A stretch of 20,125 nucleotides of DNA from an uncultured Methanosarcinales archaeon (GCA_964604995.1 CAZSAD010000003.1:62001-82125); one strand, 5' to 3'. Numbered from the stretch's first letter, positions 1 to 9,887 are shown. The notes: a model not told the origin generated them from the sequence alone. Translations and numbers: made by a program.

Positions 1-2
1 AT

Positions 3-152
3 CTCTTAAAGTATCTTGGTATTTTTGAAAATAATATAAAAATTCAAAGCATGACCATTTTAGATATGCAAGAAAAGATAGAAAAAATAAGTAATGATTT
101 AAGTGACGTAATCAATGCTGTTGACAAAATCAATAAAATAAAAACTAATTAG
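3..152 (+). CDS. 3' end of a hypothetical protein entering from the left edge
   Basis: Frame 3 is open from the window edge (LLKYLGIFENN...INKIKTN) to TAG at 150-152 and converges on the next gene. Not in the ORF track. Confidence 0.5.
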   Translation, partial: LLKYLGIFENNIKIQSMTILDMQEKIEKISNDLSDVINAVDKINKIKTN

Positions 153-211
153 TTTTAAATTAATTTTAAACATAGAAAATACTTAATTTTCAAAAATTAG
201 ATTGCAAAAAA

Positions 212-2368
212 TTATTGATTATTAAGTTTCTTTTTTAATTCAATTATCAAATGGTAGGCTTTAGCTCTTTTATCAGAATCAAGTTTTGCATAAATATCCC
301 TTATTTCATTATAAATTCTTTGCACAGACTCAAAATCCTGTGCTTCAAAAGCAGTATGAGTATCATTAATTTTTCTTTCGAGAATATTCATTTCAGATAG
401 TATCTCTTTTATTTCAGATTTAACTTCTCTTTCAACTTTTTGCTCTTTAATATCTTCAGATTTATTTTCTTTTAGTGCCTTACTCAATTTTTTTTCAAGT
501 TTTTTCTTTGCAGCCTTAGACATTGGCAGTTTTTGCATTTCTTTTTCCATTTCTTTTTTTAGAGCAAAAAGCCTAGATTTTGTTTCCTGTTCTTCTTTTT
601 GTTTTTGTTTTAGATTTTCCCAAAGTTTACTCATACTATCTTTCATTCTAAGCTCGTCCTCTAAAAGATGCTTTAATTTGTTTTCCTTTTGAAGAATTTT
701 AGTTTCAATATCTTTATCAGCATTTTTAGCGAGGGCTTCGAGCTTGTCTAACTGTTCTTTTTTTTGGACAAGCCCTTCTTCTTTTCTTTTGACCTCTTTT
801 TCCCATCCCTCTAATTTTAGTTTTTCAGAATTAAGATTTTTTTCAATTTCTTGTAATCTTTGATGTTCATTTGTAAAATAAGCTTCAAACTGCTTAGCTT
901 TTGTTTGTTTATCAGAAAGTTCAATTTCAACTGCTTTTAGTTTTTCAATTGCTTGTGCATATTTTTTCTCTGAAATTTGTGCATCATGCTTTAATTTTTC
1001 TAGTTTTGCAACATCTTCTTTATGTTTTTTATGCACATTTTCTAAAAACTCAAAATCCAATGTTTTTTGTTTAGTTTTCTCCTGTAACAAAAGGAGTTCT
1101 TTCATTGTTGATTCATATGTTTTATTTGTTTTCAAAATTTGCCCTTCTAACTGACTAAGCTGTTTTTGTTTTTCTTTGACACTTAATGAAAGTTCTTTTT
1201 CCATAGTTATATGGTGCGAGATTACGCTTTGCAAAGAATTTTCTTTATCAACTAAACTAGTTTCTTTTTCATTTAGATTTTTTTCAAGAATTATAAGTTC
1301 ACTTTCTTTTTTATTAATTTCATCTTTAGAATTTTCCAATTGTTTTAGTTTATTATTAACTTCTAAACTTAGATTAGCAAGTTTTCTTTCTTTTTTCAAA
1401 AAATCCTCTTTTTTTAGTCTGAGCTCTTTTTCTAATTCTAAAAATTCTTTTTGTTTTTGTTCTGCTCTTTGTTCAATTAATTTAGATTCATGATTTTTCT
1501 GTTCTACTTCCAAGAGCATTTTGGCAAGAGATTTTTCCTTTTCATCAAACATTTTTTTTGCTTCTTTTTTTTCATTTACAAGATTTTTTATTTCTAAAGA
1601 TAAATTCTCTTTTTTTTGAAGAAGTAAATTTATTTTAACCTGTGCCAAATTTGTTTGTTTATCAAAATTAGTTTGTGCTAACAAAAGATTGTTGTTAAGT
1701 TCATTTAATTTAATCTCTTTTTCTTTTAACTCATTTGCTTTATCGACGTGCTTTTCTTCGATTTTAATTAATGCATTTTCTTTTTCTTTGTGCTTTTTAG
1801 CAATATCTAAAAGATGTTTTTTGATTTCATTCACAATGCGCTGTTTGCCTTCCATCTCAGTTTTGAGTTGGTCCATTGTCTGTAAATTTTCCCTATGTAA
1901 TAAATCAATATCTCTTTGTTCTTTTGCAATTAATTGTTTGCGCTTTTCTAAATCAAGTTCTAATTTTTCTATGTGTTTTAATCCTTGTGAGAAATTGTCT
2001 TTTTTTCGTGAATATTCTTTTTCAAGATTTAGTAATTCTTGTTCTTTACTGTTTAGTTCATTTTCAAATTTTTGCAGTTGAACTTCTTTTTTCCTGCTAA
2101 TTTGAATTACACTGTTAAAATGTTCCTCTAATTGTTCAATAGCCTTTGATTTTTTGGCAAATGCCATTCGAAGATCAGATATACTAAGTTTGGAAATAAA
2201 GCCTGAACGCTTAGATGAGAAATTAGTTTTAGATAAGGGAGCATCTTTCTTTTTAGATAAAATTTTATTATTGTTTTTATTTTTATTTTGATTATCTTTA
2301 TCATTCTTATTTTCAGATCTGGAATTTAATGCTACAATTGTTCCTTTTTTTTGAAAATTAAATAGCAA
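212..2368 (-). CDS. Long coiled-coil protein with a small C-terminal helical domain
   Basis: 718-aa ORF with K/E/L/Q heptad composition over about 550 aa and no Walker motifs. TTG start preceded by a G-rich (GGGGGG) SD-like tract. Confidence 0.75.
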   Translation of the reverse strand: MLFNFQKKGTIVALNSRSENKNDKDNQNKNKNNNKILSKKKDAPLSKTNFSSKRSGFISKLSISDLRMAFAKKSKAIEQLEEHFNSVIQISRKKEVQLQKFENELNSKEQELLNLEKEYSRKKDNFSQGLKHIEKLELDLEKRKQLIAKEQRDIDLLHRENLQTMDQLKTEMEGKQRIVNEIKKHLLDIAKKHKEKENALIKIEEKHVDKANELKEKEIKLNELNNNLLLAQTNFDKQTNLAQVKINLLLQKKENLSLEIKNLVNEKKEAKKMFDEKEKSLAKMLLEVEQKNHESKLIEQRAEQKQKEFLELEKELRLKKEDFLKKERKLANLSLEVNNKLKQLENSKDEINKKESELIILEKNLNEKETSLVDKENSLQSVISHHITMEKELSLSVKEKQKQLSQLEGQILKTNKTYESTMKELLLLQEKTKQKTLDFEFLENVHKKHKEDVAKLEKLKHDAQISEKKYAQAIEKLKAVEIELSDKQTKAKQFEAYFTNEHQRLQEIEKNLNSEKLKLEGWEKEVKRKEEGLVQKKEQLDKLEALAKNADKDIETKILQKENKLKHLLEDELRMKDSMSKLWENLKQKQKEEQETKSRLFALKKEMEKEMQKLPMSKAAKKKLEKKLSKALKENKSEDIKEQKVEREVKSEIKEILSEMNILERKINDTHTAFEAQDFESVQRIYNEIRDIYAKLDSDKRAKAYHLIIELKKKLNNQ

Positions 2369-2532
2369 AATGAATGTTCCCCCCTTTTTCCCAGATAAAT
2401 TAACCAGGCAAATTATTGATAAATATGTTATAAAATGTGATAATTAATAACCAGCCAACAACTATTTAAATAGTTTTGTTGCGACTTTAGAATAGCTAAA
2501 TTATAAAATGAATTTGGTATAAATAAAAATTG

Positions 2533-4341
2533 TTAAGGATAATAAGTTGCACTGCATGCAAGCATTTCAATATTAGAAGCAAGTACTACCCCTTTTGAAT
2601 CTGATGTAATTAATATTGGAAATATTTCGCTTGAACCACCACATAAATTTGAAAATGTTTGCACTTGGGAAGTAATATTGGGTAAAGGAGTAAGTGTAGC
2701 AGGATTTGAATATGTACCTTTTAACACACCACTATATTGTATATCCAGTACTTTAAGATTAGAGGGGTAATTCATTATAACTCCTAAAATTTGATTTATC
2801 GCAGTCATTGTACTTTCAGGAGTCATGCCGCTATAAAATCCACCATTAGTACAAGATGCAATATTTTTCATTTTGATACAATTATTTTTGTAAGCTGGAT
2901 TTGTTAGAAAATTACAATCACCTTCATGTCCAGATTGAAATTGATAAACTGGACCAATACCTAAAATATAAACTGCAATATTTGTTGGAAAACTTGGATT
3001 GCAAACATATGTTTCAGGATCTCCTCCAACATTAGATTCGCCATCCGATATTAATATTATATAATTCACATTATTTGGATTATTAGTATTCAAAACATCA
3101 ACGGATTTTACAAATCCATCCACCATATTGGTAGAATATAATGCAGTGTATACATTAACTGCTTGACTTAACTGATTTGCATCTGAACTAAGTTGACTAG
3201 TAATTGTGCCATAATCTGTAAAAGTCACAAGTCCAACCCTATTGCCTAAAAAACCATCAGTTAATTTTCTTATAATTCCTGAAAATTCAAAACCAGTATA
3301 ACTTATTCCAGTTTGCAAACATCTTGCAAGAGCTATTCTTTTAGTTGCACTATCAAAAATTAAATTTGAAGTGCATAGACGATTATAACTTGTACCAAAA
3401 CCAGAGAATGTCCAATCCATACTACCAGAAACATCTGTTAAAACAACAGTTGAAAAATAATTAGAATCATTTGCATAATTCCTTTGGTTAGATACTTCAA
3501 GAGATGCAGATAAAATATTTGCATTGCATGGAACAACAATTTTTGCTGAATCATTGTAAAAAGGAGGATTTTCTAATCCAAATATTACTTCATCTGCATA
3601 AGATCCTGTTGTTAAAGTATTAGTATATGCCAAATAAGGTTTATTTACTGGACAAGTAAAACACTGCCAGTTTATTGCATAATCATTTTGCCCGCTACAA
3701 CATGCAAATGTACTATCTGGACCTTCAACAAAATGAAGTGGATCTTTACATTTTCCTTCTTTAATTTTAGCAACTATTTCACCTTGTGCCACATGACTTA
3801 CACCAGGATCAGAATATTCTAAATACCAGTTTATGCCTATACTTCCCTTACCTTTAGTAGCACCATATCCTGCACCAGAAATCTCTTTTGAACATTTAAT
3901 TGGAATTGTAACACTTTGATCACTTAAAAGCCTAAGACCTAAATGTCCATTGAAACTTCCAGATAATGGATTAGATGTTCCTTTTGGCAAAATTGTATTA
4001 GGAGTAATAGAACAATTTGCATTTTCAAAAGCATCCCCTGTTATTGTTACTTCATTTATCATAATGCCCCTACCCATTACATTTTTAACTTTAAGAAATA
4101 CAATTCTTGTATCTTCTTGGATTTTCATATCCTCGCAATAAAATCCAGACTCCAAAGTACATCTGTTACCCATAAGAATAGAAGTATCTAGTACACCAAA
4201 ATAAGCAAGAGCCCCTATTACTATAATTACAACAAGTATTGCCCAGCCATAAGTCATAAGAAACTCTAAAGCTCCTTGTCCTTTTTTCTGATTACTCCCT
4301 TTTATAATTTTTTTACAGAGCATTTTGGTAATTAGTGTCAT
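2533..4341 (-). CDS. Class III signal peptide (archaeal pilin-like) protein with a von Willebrand factor A domain
   Basis: KKG/QGALEFLMTYGWAILVVIIVIGALAYFG prepilin-type N-terminus, vWA MIDAS motif DVSGSMD, later LISDGESN, many Cys. The start overlaps the upstream stop as ATGA (4338-4341). Confidence 0.8.
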   Translation of the reverse strand: MTLITKMLCKKIIKGSNQKKGQGALEFLMTYGWAILVVIIVIGALAYFGVLDTSILMGNRCTLESGFYCEDMKIQEDTRIVFLKVKNVMGRGIMINEVTITGDAFENANCSITPNTILPKGTSNPLSGSFNGHLGLRLLSDQSVTIPIKCSKEISGAGYGATKGKGSIGINWYLEYSDPGVSHVAQGEIVAKIKEGKCKDPLHFVEGPDSTFACCSGQNDYAINWQCFTCPVNKPYLAYTNTLTTGSYADEVIFGLENPPFYNDSAKIVVPCNANILSASLEVSNQRNYANDSNYFSTVVLTDVSGSMDWTFSGFGTSYNRLCTSNLIFDSATKRIALARCLQTGISYTGFEFSGIIRKLTDGFLGNRVGLVTFTDYGTITSQLSSDANQLSQAVNVYTALYSTNMVDGFVKSVDVLNTNNPNNVNYIILISDGESNVGGDPETYVCNPSFPTNIAVYILGIGPVYQFQSGHEGDCNFLTNPAYKNNCIKMKNIASCTNGGFYSGMTPESTMTAINQILGVIMNYPSNLKVLDIQYSGVLKGTYSNPATLTPLPNITSQVQTFSNLCGGSSEIFPILITSDSKGVVLASNIEMLACSATYYP

Positions 4342-5147
4342 AGTTTATGTTTCCTCGTTTTCACATAAAGTAAAATTAATAATACAAAAGCGCAACTCAT
4401 TATAGTTATTGCAACATAAAGTAAAAAATTAGTTTCATCTTTGGGATTATTATTTAAAGGTGCTAAAGAGCCATTTTCCAAGACCATATCTACATTTGTT
4501 GGTGTATTTTTTATTTGGTTATTATCACTATAATTATTATCTTGCTCTTCGCCTGGATTTAATTGCTGCTCATTTAATTTTTCTTGTTCTAATAATGAAT
4601 CTTCTGCTGGTAATCTTGCAAGAGCAAGCAATTTTCTTGCTTCTTGTGACATTTCCGATTCAGGCTTATCCACAACTACACTTTGTGATAAAATTGCACC
4701 TTCCATACCTGGAATTTGGTATTTAGTACTAACAGTATAAACATCCGTTGAACCATCAGGCAAAATATAGTTATAGATAAAAGTAAAGCTTTCGCTTGGT
4801 GCTAAGAAAATAAAAGTGTGAATATTTCCATCTGATGTATGTGCTATCTTTTCTTGTGAAGCCGCATCATTTTCTATAAACCAATTTACAATTTCAGGAT
4901 TTCCCTGAAAATTTTCAACAATTTTTATAGTGCTACCTTTTGTAGTGTTAATAGCATAATAAACAGGAATAATTAATTTTGGTTCAGTTGTTAAATAAGT
5001 TGTTTTACTTAAATCAGTTGCATAAACAGTTCCTACAAAGTTTAATAATGTTAATAAAAAAATTAATAAAATAAATATCGAAAGAAAAAATAGTTGAAGT
5101 GATAAAAATATCCCTTTTAATCTATTTTTCACCATACTTTTTAACAT
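4338..5147 (-). CDS. Secreted/membrane-anchored surface protein
   Basis: N-terminal hydrophobic signal segment, N/Q/E-rich linker, C-terminal TM helix followed by a basic tail (KTRKHKL). Confidence 0.7.
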   Translation of the reverse strand: MLKSMVKNRLKGIFLSLQLFFLSIFILLIFLLTLLNFVGTVYATDLSKTTYLTTEPKLIIPVYYAINTTKGSTIKIVENFQGNPEIVNWFIENDAASQEKIAHTSDGNIHTFIFLAPSESFTFIYNYILPDGSTDVYTVSTKYQIPGMEGAILSQSVVVDKPESEMSQEARKLLALARLPAEDSLLEQEKLNEQQLNPGEEQDNNYSDNNQIKNTPTNVDMVLENGSLAPLNNNPKDETNFLLYVAITIMSCAFVLLILLYVKTRKHKL

Positions 5148-5291
5148 ATTGATATTTGATTTAAATTAGTATATAAATTTTAAGTAAACAATGATATTTG
5201 TATTATTTAAGTAAGCATAATAAATTTTATGTGTGTAACACTCTAAAAATTAAACAATAACATTAAATACTATGTTTAAATCTAAAGATAT

Positions 5292-6370
5292 ATGCAAATT
5301 TCAAAAACTAATCTTCAAGAAGAATTAAGTTTAACTAGATCTCCAATTTATTTATTTGACGATGATTGTGATGGATTATGTTCATTTTTGTTAATGCGTA
5401 GATACATTAAAGAAGGAAATGGTTATGTTGTAAAAGGAAGGCCATTAGTTGATTTAAAATATTTAAGAAAATTAGAAGAAAATCAACCAGATAAAGTATT
5501 TATTTTAGATATTGCTGTAGTTGAGCAAGAATTTTTAGATGAAGCAAAAAAAATGGGCATTGATGTTATTTGGATTGATCACCATCCAATTCTTGAAAGA
5601 AATAATGTAAAACATTTTAATCCAAGATATCAAAATGAAACTAAACCAACCAGTCAATTATGTTATGAATTAGTTGAAAACAAATCAGATGAATGGATTG
5701 GATTAAAATGTTTTACATTATTTCTTTCANNNNNNNNNNCAATGATTTTGTAGCAGATTACGCAAAAAGATACCCCCATCTTATTGGTGAAGAAATATCT
5801 ACTCCTGAAGAAGCATTATATAATAACAAAAGCAAAATCGGGCTTTTGGCGAGAATTTTATCTTTTAATATGAAAGGTAAATTAAGTGAAGTTTTAAAAG
5901 CAATAAAAACATTAACAAGAATTAAAGATCCAAATGAAATATTAGAACAGAGTACTGAAGCAGGAACCTTTATCTACAAAAGATATGAAAATTTAAATCA
6001 AATTTATTCTCAAATGCTTTCTAAAGCAAAAGAATGTAAAACAGATGATGAAGTATTGCAATATATTTATTCAGATGATAAATGGAGTCTAACAAAAGAC
6101 TTGTCAAATGAACTAGTTTACATTTTTAGTGATAAAGTAATTATTGCAGGAAGAGAAAAAGATGATGAAATCAAAATGAGTATTAGATCAAAACATTATA
6201 ATATTCAAAAAGCAGTTGAAATGTCACTTATTGGAATTGAAGGATATGGTGGCGGTCACGAGCATGCTTGTGGAGCAAATGTTAAAAGAATGGATTTTGA
6301 AAGATTTATTGAGCAATTTAAAGAAGCCCTCCAAATAACAAAAGAAAACCAAAAATTGAAAAGTAATTAA
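5292..6370 (+). CDS. DHH family phosphoesterase with DHHA1 domain (RecJ/NrnA-like), interrupted by an assembly gap
   Basis: FDDDCDG, ILDIA and WIDHH motifs in ORF 5292-5753, GGGHEHACG in ORF 5693-6370. The two ORFs meet at the N run. Confidence 0.85.
5730..5739. other. Assembly gap (10 N)
   Basis: Run of ten n characters. Confidence 0.99.
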
Positions 6371-6421
6371 ATTTAGAAAATATTTAAAATTAGAAAAATT
6401 AAAAATAGAGAGTTGATTTTA

Positions 6422-6754
6422 ATGTATGCAAAATATAAAATGAAATGTGTTAGATGTAAAAAAAATTATGTGATTGTAACATGGAAAACTAAATTTCCAG
6501 AATGTTATGACTGTCAAAAAAAAGAATTAGAAAGTAAAATTACAGATAAGAAAATGAAAGAAATGTTTGATATTCCTGAGGAATTTTATAAGAACAACTC
6601 ATTTTTGAGAAGTATCAAAATAAATTATATAAGATACAAAAATTTAAGTGAAAACCAAGAAAAGGCATTCAAAGATGCTGTTGAAAAGATGAAAAATCCA
6701 AAAAAAGACGAAAAAGATAATAATAAACCAGGTCCTCAATTTGGAACTTCATAA
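6422..6754 (+). CDS. Small putative zinc-binding protein
   Basis: CVRC...CYDC double CxxC motif. ATG at 6422 preferred over TTG at 6413. Confidence 0.65.
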   Translation: MYAKYKMKCVRCKKNYVIVTWKTKFPECYDCQKKELESKITDKKMKEMFDIPEEFYKNNSFLRSIKINYIRYKNLSENQEKAFKDAVEKMKNPKKDEKDNNKPGPQFGTS

Positions 6755-6818
6755 TTAAATTTTTTATTTTTCGTAATTTATTTTTTGTATTTTAAATTAA
6801 AAAAGTTATTTGTCTTTT

Positions 6819-7301
6819 TTATTTACTTTTATAGATATAAAATTCTTCATCCATAAATTTGCCGTAATGATTTACCCAGTTTTTTAATCTGTGATGAAAT
6901 TTAAATCCTAATTTTTTATATAGTTTTTTTGCTGTATAATTTTTAGAATAAACTGATAGATAAATATTTTTGGGTTTCATCTCTTTTTTTACTCTATCAA
7001 TTAGTGCCTTAAGACTAAAGTATCCAAGCCCTAACCTATTTGCAACAACACTTCCAATCATTTTTTTATCGTGTTCAATAACAATATAATATCCAGCTTT
7101 ATTTTTAATCTGTTTAAGCTGATTCAAAAACCAAGCTTTTTGCTCTTTGTAAGTTATTTTTTTATCATAAAGAAGATAAGCCTTTTCTACAACAAAACTA
7201 TTGATGAAATTTCTTGTTTTTTTAATAGAATCTTTATTGTTTAAATCACGTAGAACAACTGTTTTTCCATTTTTTGTAGTATATTCTTTTTTCCAAGCCA
7301 T
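6819..7301 (-). CDS. GNAT family N-acetyltransferase (appears internally shortened)
   Basis: RLGLG remnant of motif A and LSVYSKNYTAKKLYKKLGF motif B. The likely start is ATG 7301 (MAWKKEY); the longer track ORF runs through an AAT microsatellite. Confidence 0.75.
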   Translation of the reverse strand: MAWKKEYTTKNGKTVVLRDLNNKDSIKKTRNFINSFVVEKAYLLYDKKITYKEQKAWFLNQLKQIKNKAGYYIVIEHDKKMIGSVVANRLGLGYFSLKALIDRVKKEMKPKNIYLSVYSKNYTAKKLYKKLGFKFHHRLKNWVNHYGKFMDEEFYIYKSK

Positions 7302-7369
7302 TGTATTTAAAGAATAGTGATAAAATATTTGGATAATAACAATAATAATAATAATAATATATTTGATAA

Positions 7370-7391
7370 AATGCACCGACTGGGATTCGAA
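7370..7391 (-). repeat. Duplicate of the tRNA-Gly 3' end (T-loop to discriminator)
   Basis: aatgcaccgactgggattcgaa (7370-7391) versus aatgcaccgaccgggattcgaa (7466-7487): 21/22 identical, 96-bp period. Confidence 0.93.
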
Positions 7392-7445
7392 GAGCTGGCC
7401 TTCACTCGCACGGAAACGAAAGAGATATTGCTTCGCAAGTCTCTT
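7392..7445 (-). repeat. tRNA-linked structured element, unit A
   Basis: Minus strand AAGAGACTTGCGAAGCAATATCTCTT-TCGTTTCCGTGCGAGTGAAGGCCAGCTC; 38/54 ungapped identity to 18583-18636. Confidence 0.8.
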
Positions 7446-7467
7446 GCATTGATAATTTTAAATTCAA

Positions 7468-7539
7468 TGCACCGACCGGGATTCGAACCCGGATAGCCAG
7501 CTTGGAAGGCTGGAATCATAGCCATTAGATCATCGGTGC
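7468..7539 (-). tRNA. tRNA-Gly (anticodon TCC)
   Basis: Cloverleaf: GCACCGA/TCGGTGC acceptor, CCAGC-CTTCCAA-GCTGG anticodon arm, CCGGG-TTCGAAT-CCCGG T arm, discriminator A, no encoded CCA. Confidence 0.97.
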
Positions 7540-7737
7540 CTATGATATTCTATTTGTATCTAGCAATTAAGATAAAAACACCTCTTTAAAAATTTATTCA
7601 CTCTAGTGCTAAAAATGGACATAACTTACAAATATTAATAAATAATGAAATTAATAACAAGAATATAGAATTAATATGTCAAAATTAAGGAAATTTATTA
7701 AACTTAAAATTTAAAAAGACAAAATAAGGAGAATAAT

Positions 7738-8385
7738 ATGACCCACCATTCAATTGTTGTTTTTTGTGCTCATTCCGATGACCATATCTTTGGTGCAGGT
7801 GGTACACTTAGCAAGTATGCCAAAGAAGGAAAAGAGGTTTACACCTATGTTTTTTCATATGGTGAACTATCCCATCCATGGCTAAAAAGTCATGTATCTG
7901 TTAATATGCGAAAAACTGAAGCAGAAGATGCTAATGCTACAATGAATGGTAAAAGCATTGAATTTTTTGGATTAAAAGAAGGTAATTTTTTGTCTGAAAG
8001 TAAAGACAAAAAAATTTACAAAAAAATTGAAAAAATAATTTTAGAAAAAAAGCCAATAAAAGTGTTCACACATGCTATTGATGATCCTCACCCAGATCAT
8101 AGGGCAGTGCATGATATTGTTTTAAGTGTGCTTGATAAGACAAACCATAATTGTGATCTTTACACTTTTGATGTATGGAATTGGGTTAATTTTAAAGATA
8201 GAAATATACCAAGAATGGTAGTTAATATAGACGGTAATTTTTCAACTAAGATTAAAGCATTATATAAGTTTAAAAGTCAATGGATAGCATTAATAGTATT
8301 ACTCCCATCAGTTTATTTAAGAGCTATACTTCATGGTTTAAAACGAAAAATGAAATTTGCTGAAGTATTTAGAAAAGTTAGATAG
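7738..8385 (+). CDS. PIG-L/LmbE family N-acetylglucosaminyl deacetylase
   Basis: AHSDD metal motif and THAIDDPHPDH motif; AAGGAG SD upstream. Confidence 0.9.
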   Translation: MTHHSIVVFCAHSDDHIFGAGGTLSKYAKEGKEVYTYVFSYGELSHPWLKSHVSVNMRKTEAEDANATMNGKSIEFFGLKEGNFLSESKDKKIYKKIEKIILEKKPIKVFTHAIDDPHPDHRAVHDIVLSVLDKTNHNCDLYTFDVWNWVNFKDRNIPRMVVNIDGNFSTKIKALYKFKSQWIALIVLLPSVYLRAILHGLKRKMKFAEVFRKVR

Positions 8386-8449
8386 AAACTAAATAATTGT
8401 AATATTTTACAAAATATCAAAAAATAAAATCGATAAGAAAGGAGCCATT

Positions 8450-9580
8450 ATGAAAAAGCTGTTAATAGCAACAGACAATTTCCTGCCAAGATGGGATGGG
8501 ATATCAAGATTTTTAGCTGAAATAATCCCACTTCTCCAAAATGATTTTGAAATAACAGTTCTTGCACCTAAGTTTAAAGGAGAACTTAAGGGTTTTGAAA
8601 AAGTATACATTCAAAGATTTAAAACAATAGGAATTCAATTTGGAGATTTTTTGCCTGCTTTTCCTAAAAGAAAAGAAATTAAAGAATATGTAAAAAATTG
8701 TGATATTGTATGGACCCAAACAATAGGGCCAATTGGATTATTAACATTACTTGAAGCTAAAAAACAAAAAAAACCTGTTGCAGCTTTTATTCATTCAATT
8801 GAATGGGAATTATTTTCCAAGAGCGTAAAATCATTTAGAGGATTGGTTTATTTAATCTCGAAAATATATGCTAAATGGGTTTACAACAAATGCAATCTTC
8901 TTATGGTGCCAAGTTTGGAAATTGAAGAACTATTTAATTATGTTGGCATAAAATCAGAAAAAAAAGTTGTGCATTTAGGAATAGATGTTGAAAAGTTTTT
9001 ACCAACGCAAGATAAAATTGAAGCAAAGAAAAAAGTAGGAATAAATCCAGATTACAAAATTATTGGATATACTGGAAGAATTGCAAGAGAAAAAGATATT
9101 ATGACTTTATTTAGAGCATTTAAAAAATTAAAACAAGAAAGAAAAGATATTCAACTTTTAGTTGTAGGTGATGGCTTAAAATCACACAAAAGAATTTTAT
9201 CAAGTGATAAAGATGTGATACTTCCAGGTGCAGTTAGTAATGTTGAAGATTATTTAAGAGCTATGGATGTTTATGTACTTACTAGTTTAACTGAAACTTC
9301 AAGCCTATCAACTATGGAAGCAATGGCTTGCGAGATACCAGTAATTACAACGAAAGTTGGATTTGTAAAAAGATATGTGAAAGACAAAGAAAATGGATTA
9401 TTTTTTCCAAAGCATAATGATTTAGTTTTATCCATAAAAATTAATTCTCTTCTAAATGATGAAGAACAAAGAAAAATACTCGGAGAAAATGCAAGGAAAA
9501 CAATATTAGAAAGATACAAATGGTTAGCAACTGTAGATAGGGTAAAGTCTATTTTATTATCTCTTGATTCTTCTCAATAA
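8450..9580 (+). CDS. Glycosyltransferase family 4 (GT-B)
   Basis: N-terminal TDNFLPRWDG, GRIAREK, ETSSLSTMEAMACEIPVI (E-x7-E); AAGGAG SD upstream. Confidence 0.92.
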   Translation: MKKLLIATDNFLPRWDGISRFLAEIIPLLQNDFEITVLAPKFKGELKGFEKVYIQRFKTIGIQFGDFLPAFPKRKEIKEYVKNCDIVWTQTIGPIGLLTLLEAKKQKKPVAAFIHSIEWELFSKSVKSFRGLVYLISKIYAKWVYNKCNLLMVPSLEIEELFNYVGIKSEKKVVHLGIDVEKFLPTQDKIEAKKKVGINPDYKIIGYTGRIAREKDIMTLFRAFKKLKQERKDIQLLVVGDGLKSHKRILSSDKDVILPGAVSNVEDYLRAMDVYVLTSLTETSSLSTMEAMACEIPVITTKVGFVKRYVKDKENGLFFPKHNDLVLSIKINSLLNDEEQRKILGENARKTILERYKWLATVDRVKSILLSLDSSQ

Positions 9581-9887
9581 TTTTACCAGATATAACTTCA
9601 TCCATTTTTTCACCAGATAGTATAAATATTAACACAACTGCTACAAAGATTAATATTAAAAAGAAAATTATTGGTAAGGATTTTAATTTATATCCCATTT
9701 CATCTACAATCCACCAAGAAAAGTATTCAATGCAAAATATTATTGTCATAACAAGCAAAAAAAAAGATAATTTAGCCATCTTTATTTTTTTGGTTTCTGA
9801 TTCATCTTCAATTTTAGAAACAGGTTCATGTCTATTTTTCGGATAAAAATGTTCAGGCTTGCCAAAAATATATTTATCTGTTTTCAT
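9549..9887 (-). CDS. Small membrane protein (2 TM helices)
   Basis: Two hydrophobic segments; lies directly downstream of smc and overlaps the convergent GT4 stop. Confidence 0.65.
   Translation of the reverse strand: MKTDKYIFGKPEHFYPKNRHEPVSKIEDESETKKIKMAKLSFFLLVMTIIFCIEYFSWWIVDEMGYKLKSLPIIFFLILIFVAVVLIFILSGEKMDEVISGKIIEKNQEIIK

Noticed and set aside
1176..2100. Plus-strand ORFs inside the coiled-coil gene (likewise those inside smc, GT4, TrmB, MNT and purA)
   Set aside because: Antisense shadows of K/E-rich genes, giving F/S/L-rich translations without motifs.
212..2368. Second SMC/Rad50 protein
   Set aside because: No Walker A/B, signature, hinge or zinc-hook motif; the similarity is compositional only.
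5292..6370. Two genes or a frameshifted DHH pseudogene
   Set aside because: The break coincides with a 10-N scaffold gap of arbitrary length.
7341..7358. (AAT)6 microsatellite as a functional repeat
   Set aside because: Short low-complexity tract in AT-rich intergenic DNA with no evidence of function.
7307..7525. 72-aa ORF, and the 25-aa N-terminal extension of the GNAT ORF
   Set aside because: They overlap tRNA-Gly, its duplicate and an AAT microsatellite, so they are likely spurious translations.
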